This document shows, one piece after another, positions 18,005-26,948 of a DNA stretch of 64,000 nt. Below the pieces are notes generated by a model. That model did not search any database. It was not told the origin of the DNA and saw only the letters and a program-made list of their open reading frames with translations. The translations under genes were made by a program, and so were the position numbers. The stretch comes from an uncultured Alphaproteobacteria bacterium (GTDB taxonomy: Bacteria; Pseudomonadota; Alphaproteobacteria; HIMB59; GCA-002718135), in contig CABXWB010000006.1 of assembly GCA_902515745.1 (NCBI GenBank), forward strand, positions 23,117 through 87,116, in the 5' to 3' direction. Position 1 is the stretch's first letter; each line of letters starts with the position of its first letter.

Positions 18005-19003
18005 ATTACTAGGATTCATCCAATATTTAGAACAATTTTGTTAAGACTTACTCTTGGTCTCGTCACCGTTTTTGCATTTTCGGTAATAATATTTAGTACA
18101 TTCTCTTTTCTACCAGGAGATTTTGCCACAGAAATATTAGGTCAAAGTGCAACAAAATCTGCAGTTAAAGCTCTAAGAGCAGAATTAGGTTTAGATAAAC
18201 CTCCAGTGACAAGATACTTTGATTGGCTAGGAAATGTTTTTCAAGGAGATTTTGGAAGTTCTTTTTCTGGAAGATCTAAAGTCCAGGGTGATCAAGGTGA
18301 TAGATCTAGAGAGGTTGTTGGATTAATTATTCCAAGGCTTAAGAATACTTTATTTTTAACTGGAGTTGCCGCCATGTTGGCAATTCCTCTATCCTTAATT
18401 TTAGGTATCTCAGCAGCATTATACAGAAACTCTTATTATGATAGGTCTGCAACTGGAGTCAGCTTAGTGACTGTATCATCACCAGAATTTTTTACTGCTT
18501 ATATTTTTATTCTTTTATTAGCGACTCTATTTCCAGTTTTTCCAACAATTGCAACTGTCGATGAGGACACAACTTTAGTTGAAAGATTTTACAGGACGGC
18601 ACTTCCAGTTTTTACATTAACATTAATTACAATGGGTCACATGATGAGAATGACAAGGTCAGCTATAATTAATATTTTATCAAGTGAATATATTGAGATG
18701 GCAAAATTATCAGGTGCTTCAAGATACGAAGTAATTGTTAAGCACGCACTTCCAAATGCATGGGCTCCTATTTCTCAAGTAATTGCAATAAACTTAGCTT
18801 ATATGTTGATTGGCTCAGTTGTTGTTGAATACGTTTTTAATTATCAAGGTATTGGCAGACTGATGGTTGGCTCTGTTTACAATCGAGATCTTCCTGTTGT
18901 TCAAGCTTGTGCATTAATTTTTGCATCAACATATGTAATATTAAACCTAATTGCAGACTTGATTGGTATTATTTCTAACCCAAGGTTATTATATCCAAAA
19001 TGA
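18005..19003 (+). CDS. Opp/Dpp-type ABC permease (B subunit); start uncertain (ATT 18005 or 18014, TTG 18038)
   Basis: LPGD, LGLDKP, EAA-like loop SEYIEMAKLSG...HALPNA, RDLPVVQ. Confidence 0.9.
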   Translation: MTRIHPIFRTILLRLTLGLVTVFAFSVIIFSTFSFLPGDFATEILGQSATKSAVKALRAELGLDKPPVTRYFDWLGNVFQGDFGSSFSGRSKVQGDQGDRSREVVGLIIPRLKNTLFLTGVAAMLAIPLSLILGISAALYRNSYYDRSATGVSLVTVSSPEFFTAYIFILLLATLFPVFPTIATVDEDTTLVERFYRTALPVFTLTLITMGHMMRMTRSAIINILSSEYIEMAKLSGASRYEVIVKHALPNAWAPISQVIAINLAYMLIGSVVVEYVFNYQGIGRLMVGSVYNRDLPVVQACALIFASTYVILNLIADLIGIISNPRLLYPK

Positions 19004-19920
19004 GTGAAAATTTATCTTATTCTGCGAAAAGTGAAGTTGCAAATTTAATTAAAAGAAGAACGAGAGTTGAAAGATTAAAAATAGCTTTATCTAAAGCTCC
19101 AATTTCTGCATGGTTTGGAATGGCTGTTTTATTTGTTTATTTTTTTGCTGCTATATTTGCTCCCTTAATTGCACCACATGGAGAAGCAGAAATATTTCCT
19201 GTTGCTTATGCTCCTTGGGGTGATGGGCATATTTTTGGAACTGATCAAATTGGAAGAGATATTTTTTCTCGTATAATATATGCTGCAAGAAATACTATTG
19301 GTATTTGTTTATTGGCTACATTTATAGCTCTAGGCATAGGAACAGTTTTAGGAATTATTGCAGCTCTTGATAGAAAGTATTTAGATCAGTTATTAAGCAG
19401 AATAGTAGATACTTTAATGGCTATACCTGTAATGATTTTTACTTTCATTCTTTTATCAGTTTTTGGACCAACAAATTTTAATTTAATTGTTATTTTAGGA
19501 ATTTTAGAATCTACGAGATTTTTTAGAATTTCAAGATCAGTTGCAGTAGGTCAAGTTGTTTTAGAGTATGTAGAAGTAGCAAGATTAAGAGGTGAAAATT
19601 TACCATATATAATCTTTAAAGAAATTCTTCCAAATATAGCATCACCTTTAATTATTGAATTTGGATTAAGATTTATATTTATAATTTTTACAATATCTAG
19701 TCTAAGTTTTTTAGGAATAGGAATACAACCTCCATCTGCGGATTGGGCATCAATGGTAAGAGAAAATGCAATACTTATTCAATATGCTCAATATGATTTA
19801 ACGGCAGGCTTGACACCATTAATTCCAGCTTTTGCAATAGCTTTACTTTGTGTATCCATCAATTTTGTTGTTGATTGGTATCTCTATATTACTAGTGGAT
19901 TAAAAGATGACGTCAAATAA
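19000..19920 (+). CDS. Opp/Dpp-type ABC permease (C subunit)
   Basis: FGTDQIGRDIFSR, EYVEVARLRGE and LSFLGIGIQPP motifs. Confidence 0.93.
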   Translation: MSENLSYSAKSEVANLIKRRTRVERLKIALSKAPISAWFGMAVLFVYFFAAIFAPLIAPHGEAEIFPVAYAPWGDGHIFGTDQIGRDIFSRIIYAARNTIGICLLATFIALGIGTVLGIIAALDRKYLDQLLSRIVDTLMAIPVMIFTFILLSVFGPTNFNLIVILGILESTRFFRISRSVAVGQVVLEYVEVARLRGENLPYIIFKEILPNIASPLIIEFGLRFIFIIFTISSLSFLGIGIQPPSADWASMVRENAILIQYAQYDLTAGLTPLIPAFAIALLCVSINFVVDWYLYITSGLKDDVK

Positions 19921-21520
19921 TTCAAAAGAACTTTTACTTGAAATGAAAAATATCCATATTGATGGATTTTCAGATGAGAGATGGCATAAAATTTTAAAGG
20001 GTGTAGATTTGAATTTATATAGAGGAGAAATACTAGGATTGATAGGGGAGAGTGGTGCTGGTAAATCAACTATGGGTAAAGCTGCTATGGGATATACACA
20101 ACCAGGTTGCAAGATTATAAAGGGAGAGGTTAACTTTAATGGTACAGACCTTGCAAAATTAACTGAATTTGAGAAAAGAAAAATTTGGGGCACGAAAATT
20201 TCTTATGTTGCTCAATCAGCAGCCGCATCTTTTAATCCCGCTCATAGATTAATGGATCAAACAATAAGTGCATCAAATAGATTAAAAATAAATCCTATTG
20301 ATGTACTAAAAAAAGATGCTGTTCAACTTTATGAATCACTACAGCTTCCAGATGCGGAAAATATAGGAGATAGATACCCACATCAAGTATCTGGAGGGCA
20401 ACTACAAAGAATTATGACTGCAATGGCTATGTCACCAAGACCAGAGTTAATAATATTTGATGAACCAACTACTGCCTTAGATGTAACTACTCAAGTAGAA
20501 GTATTATCTGCTATGAGATCTATAGTAGACAAATTTAATACAGCAGCAATTTATATTACTCATGATTTAGCCGTAGTTGCGCAAATGGCTGACAGAATCA
20601 AAGTTCTACGATACGGTGAAGAAGTTGAGGAAGCAGAAACTAGAGATATGTTATCAAACCCAAAAGAAGAATATACAAAATCTCTATGGTCAGTTAGATC
20701 GTTAATAAAGCCAGAAGAAACAAATCAAGATTATATTTTATCAATAAAAAATATTGATGCAGCATATGGATCATCAAAGGTTCTGCATAATGTTTCTATA
20801 AATATTCCTAAAGGTAAAACAGTAGCTATAGTTGGCGAAAGTGGATCAGGAAAATCAACAACAGCAAGAGTAATTACAGGCTTACTTCCTCAATTAAAAG
20901 GTGAAATAATTTTTGATGGAAAAAAATTGTCTCCAAAACTTGAGCAAAGGTCAAAAGAAGAATTAAGAAGAATTCAAATAATTTTTCAAATGCCTGATAC
21001 TGCAATGAACCCCCGTCAAACTGTTGATGAAATAATAGGAAGGCCAATAGAATTTTATCAAGGTATAAAAGGGAAAGAAAGAGAAGCAAAAGTTATTGAA
21101 TTATTAAAAATGATTGAGCTAGATGAAACTTTTTTAGATAGATTGCCATCCGAATTATCTGGAGGTCAAAAACAGAGAATATGCATTGCAAGAGCTTTAG
21201 CAGCTAACCCAGATTTAATTATTTGTGATGAAGTGACATCAGCGCTAGATCAAATTGTTCAAGAAGGAATATTAAAATTACTCCAAAAATTACAAAAAGA
21301 GCTAGGTGTAACTTATATTTTTATAACCCATGATATAGCAACAGTTAAAGCAATATCAGATGAAATAGTTGTTATGTATCAAGGAGAGGTAGTGGAACAG
21401 GGTTTGAAAAGTAAAATTTTAAATCCACCACATCCTGATTATACAGAACTTTTATTGTCTTCAGTCCCAGAAATGGATCCTGATTGGCTAACCAATCTTC
21501 TGAATAAAAGATCTTCCTAG
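19907..21520 (+). CDS. Fused double ABC ATPase (OppD/F-like)
   Basis: Two Walker A motifs (GESGAGKS, GESGSGKS), two SGGQ signatures, DEPT/DEVT. Confidence 0.95.
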   Translation: MTSNNSKELLLEMKNIHIDGFSDERWHKILKGVDLNLYRGEILGLIGESGAGKSTMGKAAMGYTQPGCKIIKGEVNFNGTDLAKLTEFEKRKIWGTKISYVAQSAAASFNPAHRLMDQTISASNRLKINPIDVLKKDAVQLYESLQLPDAENIGDRYPHQVSGGQLQRIMTAMAMSPRPELIIFDEPTTALDVTTQVEVLSAMRSIVDKFNTAAIYITHDLAVVAQMADRIKVLRYGEEVEEAETRDMLSNPKEEYTKSLWSVRSLIKPEETNQDYILSIKNIDAAYGSSKVLHNVSINIPKGKTVAIVGESGSGKSTTARVITGLLPQLKGEIIFDGKKLSPKLEQRSKEELRRIQIIFQMPDTAMNPRQTVDEIIGRPIEFYQGIKGKEREAKVIELLKMIELDETFLDRLPSELSGGQKQRICIARALAANPDLIICDEVTSALDQIVQEGILKLLQKLQKELGVTYIFITHDIATVKAISDEIVVMYQGEVVEQGLKSKILNPPHPDYTELLLSSVPEMDPDWLTNLLNKRSS

Positions 21521-21539
21521 TAAATCTATATTTTAAATA

Positions 21540-21806
21540 ATGAAAATATTTAAATTTTTACTTAATTTTTTCTTTAGCAAAGAAAATAGAATAGATAATC
21601 TAGAAGCAAAAAATATAATGATAATTGAGAACAATTTTAATAAAGATAATTTAACACTAGGTTCTATTTACAAAGTAAATCAAAATATAAAACTAAAAAA
21701 TTTTAAAAATAAAATTCTTAAAGACAACTTAACAATAGTAGTTACTGACAATAAAGGTAAAACTATTGGATATATTTCTAAAAAAGAGATAGATAATATT
21801 CAATAA
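21540..21806 (+). CDS. Small hypothetical protein with CBS-domain-like C-terminus
   Basis: 88 aa ORF filling the gap exactly; AKNIM and IVVTDNKGKTIGYISKKEI resemble CBS motifs. Confidence 0.55.
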   Translation: MKIFKFLLNFFFSKENRIDNLEAKNIMIIENNFNKDNLTLGSIYKVNQNIKLKNFKNKILKDNLTIVVTDNKGKTIGYISKKEIDNIQ

Positions 21807-22589
21807 ATGAAAATTAATCTTAGAAAAAAAAATTATGTTATTTCTGCTGGTGCAGATGGCTTAGGTTTTGCTATAGCAAATAAAATAATCAGTTCAGGTG
21901 GAAAAGTATACTTATCTGATATAAGTAAATCAAAAATTGATAAAATAAATTCAAATAAAAAATATCGTAATAAAATATCTGCTAAACACTTAGACTGTAC
22001 AAATCCAAAAGACATTAAAGAATATTTTAAATCTCTATCTAACTTAAAAAAAATAGATGGATTAATAAATAATATAGGTATTGCAGGACCTACAAAGTAT
22101 CTTCAAAATATTTCAATAGATGAATGGGATAACACAATAAAAACCAATTTAAGTTCACATTTTTATTTCTCAAAATATGCTATTCCATTTTTAAAAAAAG
22201 CTAAAAAAGGATCTATTATTAATTTATCTTCAACCGCAGGGTTATATGGTTTTGCTCAACGTTCACCATATGCATCAAGTAAATGGGCAGTAATTGGATT
22301 AACTAAAACATTAGCTGTTGAATTAGGAAAATTTAAAATACGTGTGAATGCAATTTGTCCTGGTTCTGTTAATGGCAATAGAATGGATAGGGTAATAAAT
22401 GCAAAAGCTAAATTAATAAATTCTTCAAATAAAAAAGTAAGAAAAGAATTAGAGTCAATGGTTTCATTAAACACATTTGTAGAAAAAGAAGATATTGCTT
22501 CAATGGCTTTATTTTTATTAAGTGAAGCCTCAGAAAATGTGTCTGGTCAAATTATGACTGTTGATGGAAACACTGAAAGAATGAATTAG
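21807..22589 (+). CDS. Short-chain dehydrogenase/reductase
   Basis: SAGADGLG, NNIG, catalytic S...YASSK, NAICPG, VDG. Confidence 0.92.
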   Translation: MKINLRKKNYVISAGADGLGFAIANKIISSGGKVYLSDISKSKIDKINSNKKYRNKISAKHLDCTNPKDIKEYFKSLSNLKKIDGLINNIGIAGPTKYLQNISIDEWDNTIKTNLSSHFYFSKYAIPFLKKAKKGSIINLSSTAGLYGFAQRSPYASSKWAVIGLTKTLAVELGKFKIRVNAICPGSVNGNRMDRVINAKAKLINSSNKKVRKELESMVSLNTFVEKEDIASMALFLLSEASENVSGQIMTVDGNTERMN

Positions 22590-24190
22590 TGAATAAAAAC
22601 GCTGACTACATCATTGTTGGAGCAGGGTCAGCAGGTTGTGTTTTAGCTAACAGATTGTCTTCACAATCAAAGAATACTGTAATTTTATTAGAAGCTGGTC
22701 CATCGAGTAAAACCTGGAAAGTTGATATGCCAAGCGCACTTCTATATGCAATGCATGATCCCAAGTATAATTGGAAATATTATACAGAGCCTGAGCCATT
22801 TCTAAATAATAGATCTTTATATTGCCCAAGAGGTAAAATGATTGGAGGGTGTTCATCACATAACGGCATGGTTTTTGCTAGAGGTCATAAAGAGGATTTT
22901 GATAGATGGTCTTCAAGTGGTTTAACTGATTGGTCATATGAAAAAGTCGTACCTTTTTTTAAAAAATTAGAAACTTGGTCTCATGATAGTAATGAAAGAG
23001 GTAAAGAGGGACCATTAAAAGTAAATAAATCAAACATAGATAAAAAATATCCTTTATTTAAAAAAGTTTTAGAAGCTACACAAGAAGCTGGATATAAAAT
23101 ATTTAATGACTCTAATAATACTAATAATGAAGGTTTTGGAACTTTTGATGTGACAATAAACAACGGTGTTAGACAAAGTGTTGCTAAGGCATATTTAGAA
23201 CCAATACAAAATAGAAAAAATCTTAGAATAATAAATAATATTGATGTGAAAAAAATTCTTTTTAAAAATAAAACTGCAATTGGCGTTGAAACAATTAAAA
23301 AAAATATAACAAATAAATTTTTTGCAAATAAAGAAGTTATACTTTGTGCTGGTTCAATTAATTCTCCCAAAATTCTTCAATTATCCGGAATAGGTAATGA
23401 AAAACATCTTAAAAGCTTGGGAATAAAAGTAATTAATAATTTAGTTGGGGTGGGAGAAAATTTACAAGATCATTTAGAGATGTATATTCAATATAAATCT
23501 AAAAAAAATGAAACATTACATTCTCTAGCAACAAATTTTCTCTATCAAGCTATTGAGGGATCAAAATGGTTTTTATTTAAAAAAGGCAGATTAGCAAACT
23601 CACACTTAGAGTTAGGAGGTTTTGTTAAATCTGACAAATCATATAATCATCCAAATTTACAATTTCATTTTTTTCCATATTTAGTTATTAATCATGGTTT
23701 AGAAAATCCTAATTTTGAAGCTTTTCAATTCCATGTTTGTCCAAATAGACCAAAAAGTAGGGGGTTTGTTAAAATTAAAACAAATAACTATAAAGACGAT
23801 CCTAAAATACAATTTAATTATCTTAAGCATGAAGACGATTTAAAACAAATGAGAGAAGGTGTAGGAATTGCTAAAAAAATTTTGTCTCAAAAAGCACTAA
23901 AAGAATATGTTGGCACAGAAATTAGGCCTGGGAAGAATGTATCTAATCAAAATGAGTTAGATGAAGTTATTAAAAATACATCTGAATCTGCATATCATCC
24001 GTCATGCACAAATAAAATGGGTAAGGATAAAACTTCAGTTGTAGACCAAAACCTAAGGGTTTATGGAATTCAAAATTTAAGGGTTATTGATGCTTCTGTA
24101 ATGCCAGATATTGTTAGTGCTAATTTAAATGCAACAACTATTATGATTGCTGAAAAAGCCTACGACCAAATAAAGAGTACCGTTAGTTAG
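22589..24190 (+). CDS. betA: Choline dehydrogenase-like GMC oxidoreductase
   Basis: GAGSAGCVLANRLS, PRGK, GENLQDHLE, AYHPSCT and NLNA.TIMIAEK motifs; exact substrate not provable from sequence. Confidence 0.75.
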   Translation: MNKNADYIIVGAGSAGCVLANRLSSQSKNTVILLEAGPSSKTWKVDMPSALLYAMHDPKYNWKYYTEPEPFLNNRSLYCPRGKMIGGCSSHNGMVFARGHKEDFDRWSSSGLTDWSYEKVVPFFKKLETWSHDSNERGKEGPLKVNKSNIDKKYPLFKKVLEATQEAGYKIFNDSNNTNNEGFGTFDVTINNGVRQSVAKAYLEPIQNRKNLRIINNIDVKKILFKNKTAIGVETIKKNITNKFFANKEVILCAGSINSPKILQLSGIGNEKHLKSLGIKVINNLVGVGENLQDHLEMYIQYKSKKNETLHSLATNFLYQAIEGSKWFLFKKGRLANSHLELGGFVKSDKSYNHPNLQFHFFPYLVINHGLENPNFEAFQFHVCPNRPKSRGFVKIKTNNYKDDPKIQFNYLKHEDDLKQMREGVGIAKKILSQKALKEYVGTEIRPGKNVSNQNELDEVIKNTSESAYHPSCTNKMGKDKTSVVDQNLRVYGIQNLRVIDASVMPDIVSANLNATTIMIAEKAYDQIKSTVS

Positions 24191-24210
24191 AGAACTAAAA
24201 TCTAATATAA

Positions 24211-24390
24211 TTAGATAGTTTTTCTTCTAAGAGTCCAACCGTATCTTTCGCTGTAGTATGCTTCGATACCATCAGCAAGATTAAGGTCATAATTTGAGTC
24301 TATAGATCCTTCAAGAACCTTATTCTCAATAGAACTCTGCTCTAGGCTGTCTTTTTGGTTATTAATATTTTCTGTTAATTTGCTATTCAT
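24211..24390 (-). CDS. Small protein, 59 aa (MNSKLTENINNQKDSLEQSSIENKVLEGSIDSNYDLNLADGIEAYYSERYGWTLRRKTI), absent from the ORF track
   Basis: Translated by hand from ATG 24390 to TAA 24211; fills an otherwise empty 300-bp gap and is less AT-rich than the adjacent spacer. Confidence 0.7.
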   Translation of the reverse strand: MNSKLTENINNQKDSLEQSSIENKVLEGSIDSNYDLNLADGIEAYYSERYGWTLRRKTI

Positions 24391-24391
24391 A

Positions 24392-24408
24392 TTTACAGAT
24401 TTTACAAA
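24392..24408 (-). promoter_or_regulatory. Putative ScfR-family operator before the small ORF
   Basis: Minus strand reads TTTGTAAA-A-TCTGTAAA, then T-ATG. Confidence 0.55.
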
Positions 24409-24482
24409 TACATAATAATATAAAAAAAAACTAGAGTTTTCTGTATTTTTAATGTAAAGAAAATTACTTTGAATTTATTAAT

Positions 24483-24499
24483 TTTGTAAATTTTGTAAA
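24483..24499 (+). promoter_or_regulatory. Putative ScfR-family autoregulatory operator
   Basis: TTTGTAAA-T-TTTGTAAA; the last A is the A of the regulator ATG. Confidence 0.55.
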
Positions 24500-25938
24500 T
24501 GAATATTGAATCTGACATAAATTTTGGCCCTAGGTTAAAAAAACAAAGGATAAGCAGAGGTATTTCACAAGCTGAATTATCAAAAACTATTGGAATATCT
24601 CCTAGTTATTTAAATTTAATTGAAAGTGGAAAAAGAAAAATACCGCTTTCCTTACTAATTAAAGCAGCTGATAAATTAGATTTATCAATTAAAGACTTCT
24701 CAACAGAATCTAGCAAACGACTTCTTTCAGACGTAATGGATGTTTTAAGCAATGAAATTTTTGATGATTTAAAGATAACCAATCACGATACAAGTGACTT
24801 CATTGGCTCAAATCCTAACATAGCTAAAGCATTACTGACAATAAATGATTCTTTTAAAAGCTTTAAAGAGGATATGCAAAATCGACTTGAAACAATGGAT
24901 GTCAATTCAAATCAAATTGAAAAACTAACAAGACTACCTGTAGAAATCGTTTCAGATATTCTTCAAGAAAATAAAAATTACTTTCATGCTTTAGAAGTAA
25001 GTTCTGAAAATCTAAGAAAAGAAATAGGTCTTGAAACTGGACCTAACATTGATTCTGGATCTAAATTATCACTTTATCTCAAAGAAAAACATGGAATTGA
25101 AGTTAAAATAGTAACCATAAACGAAGATGAAAAAATAGTTAAAAGATTCGATGAAAATTCAAAGATTTTTTATCTTTCTGAAATGTTAACTTATACATCA
25201 AGAAACTTTCATTTAGCATCACAAGTTGCTTATTTAGAGGCTAACGATGTTATCAATAAAGTTATTAAAGATAATAACGTTGAATCAGAAGAAGTAGAAC
25301 CTTTGCTTAAACTATCTTTACTAAATTATTATGCTGCTGCTTTTATGATGCCTTATAACGATTTTTTAAAGAGTGCTAAATTACATAAATATGATGTAGA
25401 AATTTTGATGCACCATTATGCTTGTAGTTTTGAACAAGTTACACATAGATTAACAAATCTTCAAAGACCTGGATACGAAGGAGTGCCATTTCATTTTTTA
25501 AAAACAGATATTGCTGGAAATGTGTCAAAGCGATTTTCTTTATCTGGTATTCATATACCAAGACATGGCGGTTCTTGTCCTAGATGGAATGTGTATACTG
25601 CATTTTTAAATCCTGGAAAAATTCATCCTCAAATATCTAAGATGCCTGATGGACAAGTATATTTTTGTATCGCAAGAGCTTTTGAGAAAGGAATTGAAAA
25701 ACATGGAATGCCTAAAAGTTTTGTTTCGATTGGTCTAGGTTGTGATATGAAATACGCTAAAGATCTAATTTATTCTGAAGGAATTGATCTAAATAATAAA
25801 AAATTACAAATGCCAATTGGAGTTTCTTGCAGGATATGCCCTAGAGTGGAATGTCAGCAAAGAGCTTTTCCCCCGATTGATAAAGAACTTAAATTAGATA
25901 TAAAATATCGGGGAACGTCACCCTACGTTACAATTTAG
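24499..25938 (+). CDS. XRE-HTH short-chain fatty acyl-CoA regulator (ScfR: RamB/PrpR/PccR family)
   Basis: N-terminal HTH (GISPSYLNLIESGKR), SFEQVTHRLTNLQRPG, DIAGNVSKRFS, CPRW and C-terminal CRICPRVECQQRA. Confidence 0.93.
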   Translation: MNIESDINFGPRLKKQRISRGISQAELSKTIGISPSYLNLIESGKRKIPLSLLIKAADKLDLSIKDFSTESSKRLLSDVMDVLSNEIFDDLKITNHDTSDFIGSNPNIAKALLTINDSFKSFKEDMQNRLETMDVNSNQIEKLTRLPVEIVSDILQENKNYFHALEVSSENLRKEIGLETGPNIDSGSKLSLYLKEKHGIEVKIVTINEDEKIVKRFDENSKIFYLSEMLTYTSRNFHLASQVAYLEANDVINKVIKDNNVESEEVEPLLKLSLLNYYAAAFMMPYNDFLKSAKLHKYDVEILMHHYACSFEQVTHRLTNLQRPGYEGVPFHFLKTDIAGNVSKRFSLSGIHIPRHGGSCPRWNVYTAFLNPGKIHPQISKMPDGQVYFCIARAFEKGIEKHGMPKSFVSIGLGCDMKYAKDLIYSEGIDLNNKKLQMPIGVSCRICPRVECQQRAFPPIDKELKLDIKYRGTSPYVTI

Positions 25939-26946
25939 TTAAATTTTAACTAACATTTTGCCTAAATTTTTACCATTTAGTAGATCTATAAATGCTTTTG
26001 GAGCATTTTCTATATTTTCATAAATTGTTTCTTTAAATTTTATTTTTCCTTCTGAAAGCCAATTTCGCATATCTGTTTCAAAAGGCTCGTTTTCATTTTC
26101 ATGATCAAAAATTAAAAAACCTTTTATTGTTAATCTTTTTACCAATACGTGAGCCATATTTTTTAGTCCAGCAGGAGTAGAAGTTGAATTCATTTGAGAT
26201 ATTCTTCCACAAATTATAATTCTTCCAAAATTTTTCATTCGAAAAATTGCAGACTCTAAGAAATCACCTCCAACATTATCAAAGTATAAGTCAAATCCTT
26301 CAGGGCAAATTTCTTTTAAGTGAAGGACAAGGTTATCAATTTTTTTATAATTAAATGCTACATCAACATTTAATTCATTTTTTAACCAATCAACTTTTTC
26401 ATCTGATCCTGTACTAGCATAAACTTTACATCCTAAATTTTTTGCAATTTGACAAACTGTTGATCCAACACTTCCACCAGCTGAAGATACAAGAATATTT
26501 TGTCCCTTTTGTATTTTTCCATGATTAAAAAGACCAATATATGCAGTCTGCCCTGTCATTCCTAAAGGTCCTAGATAAGTTTGCAATGGCAAATCAGAAT
26601 TTTTGATTCTTTTTAAATCACTGCTTTTGCAAATGAAGTTATCTCTCATGCCAAAATTACTGAAAACAATATCTCCTTCTTGAAATTGTGAATCTTTTGA
26701 TTTTTGGACTGAACCAATTGCATAACCTTCCATTTCCTTCCCTAGTAAAAAGGGTGGTTTATAATTTTTACGTTCTGTCATTCTTGCTCTCATATATGGA
26801 TCAACAGATATCCATGAATTAAGAACATGAATATTATTTGTTTCATCTAATTCTAAAGTTTTAGATTTAATTTCAAAATCATCTTCTTTAGGTAATCCAG
26901 TTGGTATATAATTTTTTAAAGCTACATATTTTGAGATTATTGTCAT
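25939..26946 (-). CDS. NADP-dependent oxidoreductase (MDR, CurA/prostaglandin reductase-like)
   Basis: SVDPYMR, LGMTG.TAY.GL, YFDNVGG and G.NLGKMLV motifs. Confidence 0.9.
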   Translation of the reverse strand: MTIISKYVALKNYIPTGLPKEDDFEIKSKTLELDETNNIHVLNSWISVDPYMRARMTERKNYKPPFLLGKEMEGYAIGSVQKSKDSQFQEGDIVFSNFGMRDNFICKSSDLKRIKNSDLPLQTYLGPLGMTGQTAYIGLFNHGKIQKGQNILVSSAGGSVGSTVCQIAKNLGCKVYASTGSDEKVDWLKNELNVDVAFNYKKIDNLVLHLKEICPEGFDLYFDNVGGDFLESAIFRMKNFGRIIICGRISQMNSTSTPAGLKNMAHVLVKRLTIKGFLIFDHENENEPFETDMRNWLSEGKIKFKETIYENIENAPKAFIDLLNGKNLGKMLVKI

Positions 26947-26948
26947 AA

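Noticed and set aside
25939-26946. Reductase as AcuI (acryloyl-CoA reductase) of DMSP metabolism
   Set aside because: Motifs (SVDPYMR, YFDNVGG) are CurA/PTGR-type, not YhdH/AcuI-type (NYKD, GTAG)
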